This document shows, piece after piece, positions 61,270 to 64,000 of a DNA stretch of 64,000 bases. Numbering within the stretch: position 1 is the stretch's first letter; each line of letters opens with the position of its first letter. The translations under genes were made by a program, and so were the position numbers. Source of the DNA: Macrostomum lignano (lineage: Eukaryota); the NCBI GenBank assembly GCA_002269645.1, contig NIVC01003439.1:1-64000 (forward strand), read 5' to 3'. Below the pieces are notes generated by a model that was given only the letters and a program-made list of their open reading frames with translations, was not told where the DNA came from and ran no database searches.

Positions 61270-63180
61270 GGGCAGGCTGCCACAATACCCACAACTAATT
61301 CTTCAGAGCGGGCTGCCACAATATCCCACAACTAATTCTTCAGAGCGGGCTGCTATAATACCCCACAACTAATTCTTCAGAGCGGGCTGCCACAATACCC
61401 CACAACTAATTCTTCAGAGCGGGCTGCCACAATACCCCACAACTAATTCTTCAGAGCGGGCTGCCACAATATCCCACAACTAATTCTTCAGAGCGGGCTG
61501 CTATAATACCCCACAACTAATTCTTCAGAGCGGGCTGCCACAATACCCCACAACTAATTCTTCAGAGCGGGCTGCCACAATACCCCACAACTAATTCTTC
61601 AGAGCGGGCTGCCACAATACCCCACAACTAATTCTTCAGAGCGGGCTGCCATAATACCCCACAACTAATTCTTCAGAGCGGGCTGTTATAATACCCCACA
61701 ACTAATTCTTCAGAGCGGGCTGCTATAATATCCCACAACTAATTCTTCAGAGCGGGCTGCCACAATACCCCACAACTAATTCTTCAGAGCGGGCTGCCAC
61801 AATACCCCACAACTAATTCTTCAGTGCGGGCTGCTATAATATCCCACAACTAATTCTTCAGAGCGGGCTGCCACAATACCCCACAACTAATTCTTCAGAG
61901 CGGGCTGCTATAATACCCCACAACTAATTCTTCAGAGCGGGCTGCTATAATATCCCACAACTAATTCTTCAGAGCGGGCTGCTATAATATCCCACAACTA
62001 ATTCTTCAGAGCGGGCTGCTATAATATCCCACAACTAAATCTTCAGAGCGGGCTGCCACAATACCCCACAACTAATTCTTCAGTGCGGGCTGCTATAATA
62101 TCCCACAACTAATTCTTCAGAGCGGGCTGCTATAATATCCCACAACTAATTCTTCAGAGCGGGCTGTTATAATATCCCACAACTAATTCTTCAGAGCGGG
62201 CTGCTATAATATCCCACAACTAATTCTTCAGAGCGGGCTGCCACAATACCCCACAACTAATTCTTCAGAGCGGGCTGCCACAATACCCCACAACTAATTC
62301 TTCAGAGCGGGCTGCCACAATACCCCACAACTAATTCTTCAGAGCGGGCTGCCATAATACCCCACAACTAATTCTTCAGAGCGGGCTGTTATAATACCCC
62401 ACAACTAATTCTTCAGAGCGGGCTGCTATAATATCCCACAACTAATTCTTCAGAGCGGGCTGCCACAATACCCCACAACTAATTCTTCAGAGCGGGCTGC
62501 CACAATACCCCACAACTAATTCTTCAGTGCGGGCTGCTATAATATCCCACAACTAATTCTTCAGAGCGGGCTGCCACAATACCCCACAACTAATTCTTCA
62601 GAGCGGGCTGCTATAATACCCCACAACTAATTCTTCAGAGCGGGCTGCTATAATATCCCACAACTAATTCTTCAGAGCGGGCTGCTATAATATCCCACAA
62701 CTAATTCTTCAGTGCGGGCTGCTATAATATCCCACAACTAATTCTTCAGAGCGGGCTGCCACAATACCCCACAACTAATTCTTCAGAGCGGGCTGTTATA
62801 ATATCCCACAACTAATTCTTCAGAGCGGGCTGCTATAATATCCCACAACTAATTCTTCAGAGCGGGCTGTTATAATATCCCACAACTAATTCTTCAGAGC
62901 GGGCTGCTATAATACCTTACAACTAATTCTTCAGAGCGGGCTGCCACAATACCCCACAACTAACTTCAGAGCGGGCTGCCACCCCACTAATTCTTCAGAG
63001 CGGGCTGCCAGAATACCCCACAACTAACACAACTAATTCTTCAGAGCGGGCTGCCAGAATACCCCACAACTAACACAACTAATTCTTCAGAGCGGGCTGC
63101 CAGAATACCCAAAACTAACACAACTAATTCTTCAGAGCGGGCTGCCACAATATCCCACTAATTCTTCAGAGCGGGTTGGA
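61270..63180. repeat. 37-bp minisatellite TTCTTCAGAGCGGGCTGCCACAATACCCCACAACTAA
   Basis: About 50 units, starting ~100 bp upstream of the RPS6 ATG. Confidence 0.96.
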
Positions 63181-63819
63181 AGACTCCTAGCTATTTAGAG
63201 CGTCACTGCATGCGCTGACAGGTACCTAACCGGAAAATTGCAATGCATCCATAAATTTGCCACAAAATCGCCAATTAACTAAATTTTTTATTTATTATAA
63301 CTGGGCGTGATTGACGGAATTATTAATAAGTTAAGATAAGAAAAGCACAAATAACATTTGCATAACAATATAGGAGAAAATACAATACAGAATACAATAC
63401 ATACGGGTACAGAGTTTTACAAAACTGTTAGTCTATAGATTGAAAAATACGCAAAAATAGTCAGCAAAAATGGGGTTCCATCCGTGCGCTGTGGAAACTT
63501 CCGTAATTAATAGATTTGCAATTATTATCTCCCAGCAGAGGCCACGCCCGCGCAGCAAGAAAGCCTGTATACAGAAATGTAACGCAGCTCTCGGCTGGAT
63601 ACAACATTAAAAAACTGACCAATTTTGGTAGATAGCAAAGCAACAGTTACTAATGCGAACAAATTAATAATTAATTATTAAATAGAAAAATAGCTTAATC
63701 TGCGCGACAATCTTCTGCATCCAGCAAGTGAATAACAAAAGGTTGCTTTGGATTTTTAGACCAAGTGTAAAATATGTATTTATTTTTAGGGCCACACAAG
63801 CATTGATTAGCCAACACAT

Positions 63820-63990
63820 CTACTATAACAATATTCCCCATTAGCCTAATGTCTGACACGCCAATATTCTCCATTAGCCTAAAGTCTAAAACGGCAATAT
63901 TCTCCATTAGCCTAATGTCTAACACGGAAATATTCACCTCTAGCCTAATGCCTAAGAGACACCAATACTCCACATTAGCCTACATTAGTT
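63820..63990. repeat. Short degenerate tandem repeat (ATATTCTCCATTAGCCTAATGTCT)
   Basis: Four to five imperfect units. Confidence 0.7.
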
Positions 63991-64000
63991 CTAAAAATAG

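Overview
Repeat-rich eukaryotic, probably invertebrate, genomic DNA. The minisatellite density and poly-Q/poly-A exons recall the flatworm Macrostomum, but that is a guess. It holds two host genes on the minus strand. One is a 5-exon Polycomb/CBX-like gene (42417-51029) with a chromodomain, AT-hook, internal Pc-box and PxDLS motif. The other is an intronless 40S ribosomal protein S6 gene (60437-61171). The rest is transposons and about 20 unrelated minisatellites. Two retroelements carry unusual cargo. (1) A very young Ty3/Gypsy LTR element (20828-29330, near-identical LTRs, ACAG TSD) has a third ORF in the env position encoding an Hsp40 J-domain (intact HPD) fused to an HP1-like chromodomain, apparently reachable by a spliced subgenomic mRNA. 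(2) A Jockey/I-type LINE, present as two neighbouring copies (1-1242 and ~1740-8642), has a complete AlkB-type 2OG-Fe(II) dioxygenase domain in ORF1 ahead of the gag-like RRM/CCHC region. Also present: a 5'-truncated RTE LINE, a Penelope-like GIY-YIG remnant, a decayed LINE C-terminus, two hAT-type MITEs with 8-bp TSDs, a long-TIR element and a foldback-like element. All family calls come from motif recognition by eye; no database searches were run.
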